From NCBI GenBank assembly GCA_010356995.1, contig ML996692.1, positions 383,933 to 447,932 on the forward strand: DNA of 64,000 bases, given 5' to 3'. Every line of letters starts with the position of its first letter. The stretch's first letter is position 1. The notes under the pieces are model-generated. The model ran no database searches. It worked only from the letters and a program-made list of their open reading frames with translations, and was not told where the DNA came from. Of this stretch, positions 62,443 to 64,000 are shown piece after piece. The DNA comes from Trichodelitschia bisporula (lineage: Eukaryota). Made by a program: the position numbers and the translations under genes.

Positions 62443-63758
62443 AGTCGGAGCCGACGACGGATCTTGCGGGAGGTGTCGGAGGAGGGTAGCAACGGATGAT
62501 GGCAGTTAGTTTCGATAGCGGAGTGCAGCATGATAATCCGGGGGCTTTCTTCCTCTCCTTCACCTGCTTTCGAGCGTTCTATCTAGACAGGAGGGGTACG
62601 ATAAGATATTCCAATGAACAGATCAACGCGTGAGAGCTATAAGCGGTAGCAACGAAAAGCAAGTGTCGATGATTGAGCTGCTTATGGCAGAGGGTTCGCC
62701 TCGACAGCTCCGTCGATGAGGCTATTGTGAGAGGCTGTGACGGGCGCGTGCGCGTCTGCTGCGGCACGTACGTGAATGGCAGCATATCTGCACCTTTACA
62801 TCTCTTCACCTTTTACAGTGTGCGTCGTGAACTAGTCAGGCACAGGCCGACTTCAGGTCCGGGGGTCTGGTACTGGCAAGGCTGCTTATGCTGTGTGCGC
62901 AGCAGGCTGTGCATGTCGCCTAGATGGAGCTTACCTGCGGCCAATGATGGGAAGCAAAAGAGGGTAAGAAGGGGGTCTGGTGATTTGATGATTTGATAAT
63001 GAGGCTGGTGAGCGAGTTGACGGACGACATGCCTTCGCGGCCCATGATATCTCAGATTCCTGATGGCGTTGTTGAAGGTAAGCAATTCGGTGCAGATGTT
63101 TTTGTTTTCTGCTTACTGTATCCGTATCTACGCCTTCAGCTACGCCCTTTGATGGCAACTGTTCAGGACGGCGGGCAACGGCACAGCGTGGCAGTCCAGA
63201 CGGGATGCCGTAAGCCGGGACGCGCCTATGTCGACGGTTTCGTAGGCCGAACAACAGCCGCATTTGTTCTCGCCGGGATGATGCTTCTGGCTCCCAATTC
63301 GCCTTGCCGGTGTCACTCTTCTGGACTACAGTATGAGCGTCCCTTCAGAAGCCGCATCGCGCATGAATAAGCCCGATAGCCGATCAGCAAGTGCTCTTCC
63401 CGATAGCAAGACATGGCAAAAAGCAGTGCAAGCATGGCAATCCGCCTTTCCACGAACCGGGATGTCGGGCATCATCTTAGTCGCTGAGAGGGAAGGCCAG
63501 TCAAGTGGCCTGGGCCTTTTGACAAGTTTCCCCAGCAGAGCGAAAAAGCTAGGAGCAGAGCAGGGGCGAGAACTGACATGTTCCGCAGCGTCATATCAAA
63601 GCCACCGAGAACGAGATGCGACCGGGGTTTTGTCGCATTCTGCAGATATTGCACGCGTCTGCGCCCATGCTGTACTATGTATTATGTATGTCAACATCCT
63701 CAAAAAGCCATAGTTATCAAGGTGGTCTACCAGTTGGCTAGACCAGACGGCCTTCACA

Positions 63759-63807
63759 CTTGTCGCTTGTCGCTTGTCGCTTGTCGCTTGAAGCTTGACG
63801 CTTGACG
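63759..63807 (+). repeat. 7-bp tandem repeat (CTTGTCG)4 plus three degenerate units
   Basis: cttgtcg x4 followed by cttgaag cttgacg cttgacg. Confidence 0.85.
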
Positions 63808-64000
63808 CTCTTGTCACTTCCTCTCCGCCCTCCCCCAGGTCCACCTCTTCCCCTCATCTTCTCTCCACGCCGATAATCGCGGGGAGCTTTCCGAAGCTAG
63901 CACTTGTACCGTACTGGCGCAACACGTTCCAGCGAGTGGCTCGTCCTCGATTCCAACGGCAATCCCTCTCCTCCCCCCCCCCCTTCTTCCTCCCCACGAA

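Noticed and set aside
63759..63807. Tandem 7-mers as a CRISPR-like or telomeric array
   Set aside because: No spacers, not TTAGGG, eukaryotic context; an ordinary minisatellite.

Overview
Gene-dense, intron-containing filamentous ascomycete (Pezizomycotina) DNA; a Dothideomycete is my unverified impression. Most of 13-64 kb is housekeeping genes: EMW1/TTC27, Rad26/ATRIP-like, CDS1, an APC permease, a CLD1-like hydrolase, cullin-1, SEC5, IDH2, a TPP enzyme, RPB2, RTC3, a RhoGEF, NAS2 and Ran, plus a U1 snRNA gene that the ORF track misses. The first 12 kb looks like an accessory non-self-recognition island. It holds a frameshifted HET-domain pseudogene and a head-to-head gene pair. One gene of the pair splices into a ~2115-aa protein (helical N-terminus, C2H2, ~14 ankyrin repeats, then U2AF65-like RRM, Hse1/STAM-like VHS, Zn ribbon, C2H2 and a dead kinase). 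The other is a ~609-aa protein with a HeLo-like N-terminus and a kinase-like C-terminus. The pair is my best candidate for an undescribed sensor/executor system with integrated decoy domains; that function is inferred, not shown. Two intergenic regions (31.9-32.5 kb, 47.2-47.5 kb) look like unidentified structured ncRNAs. All family assignments come from motif recognition by eye; no database search was run.
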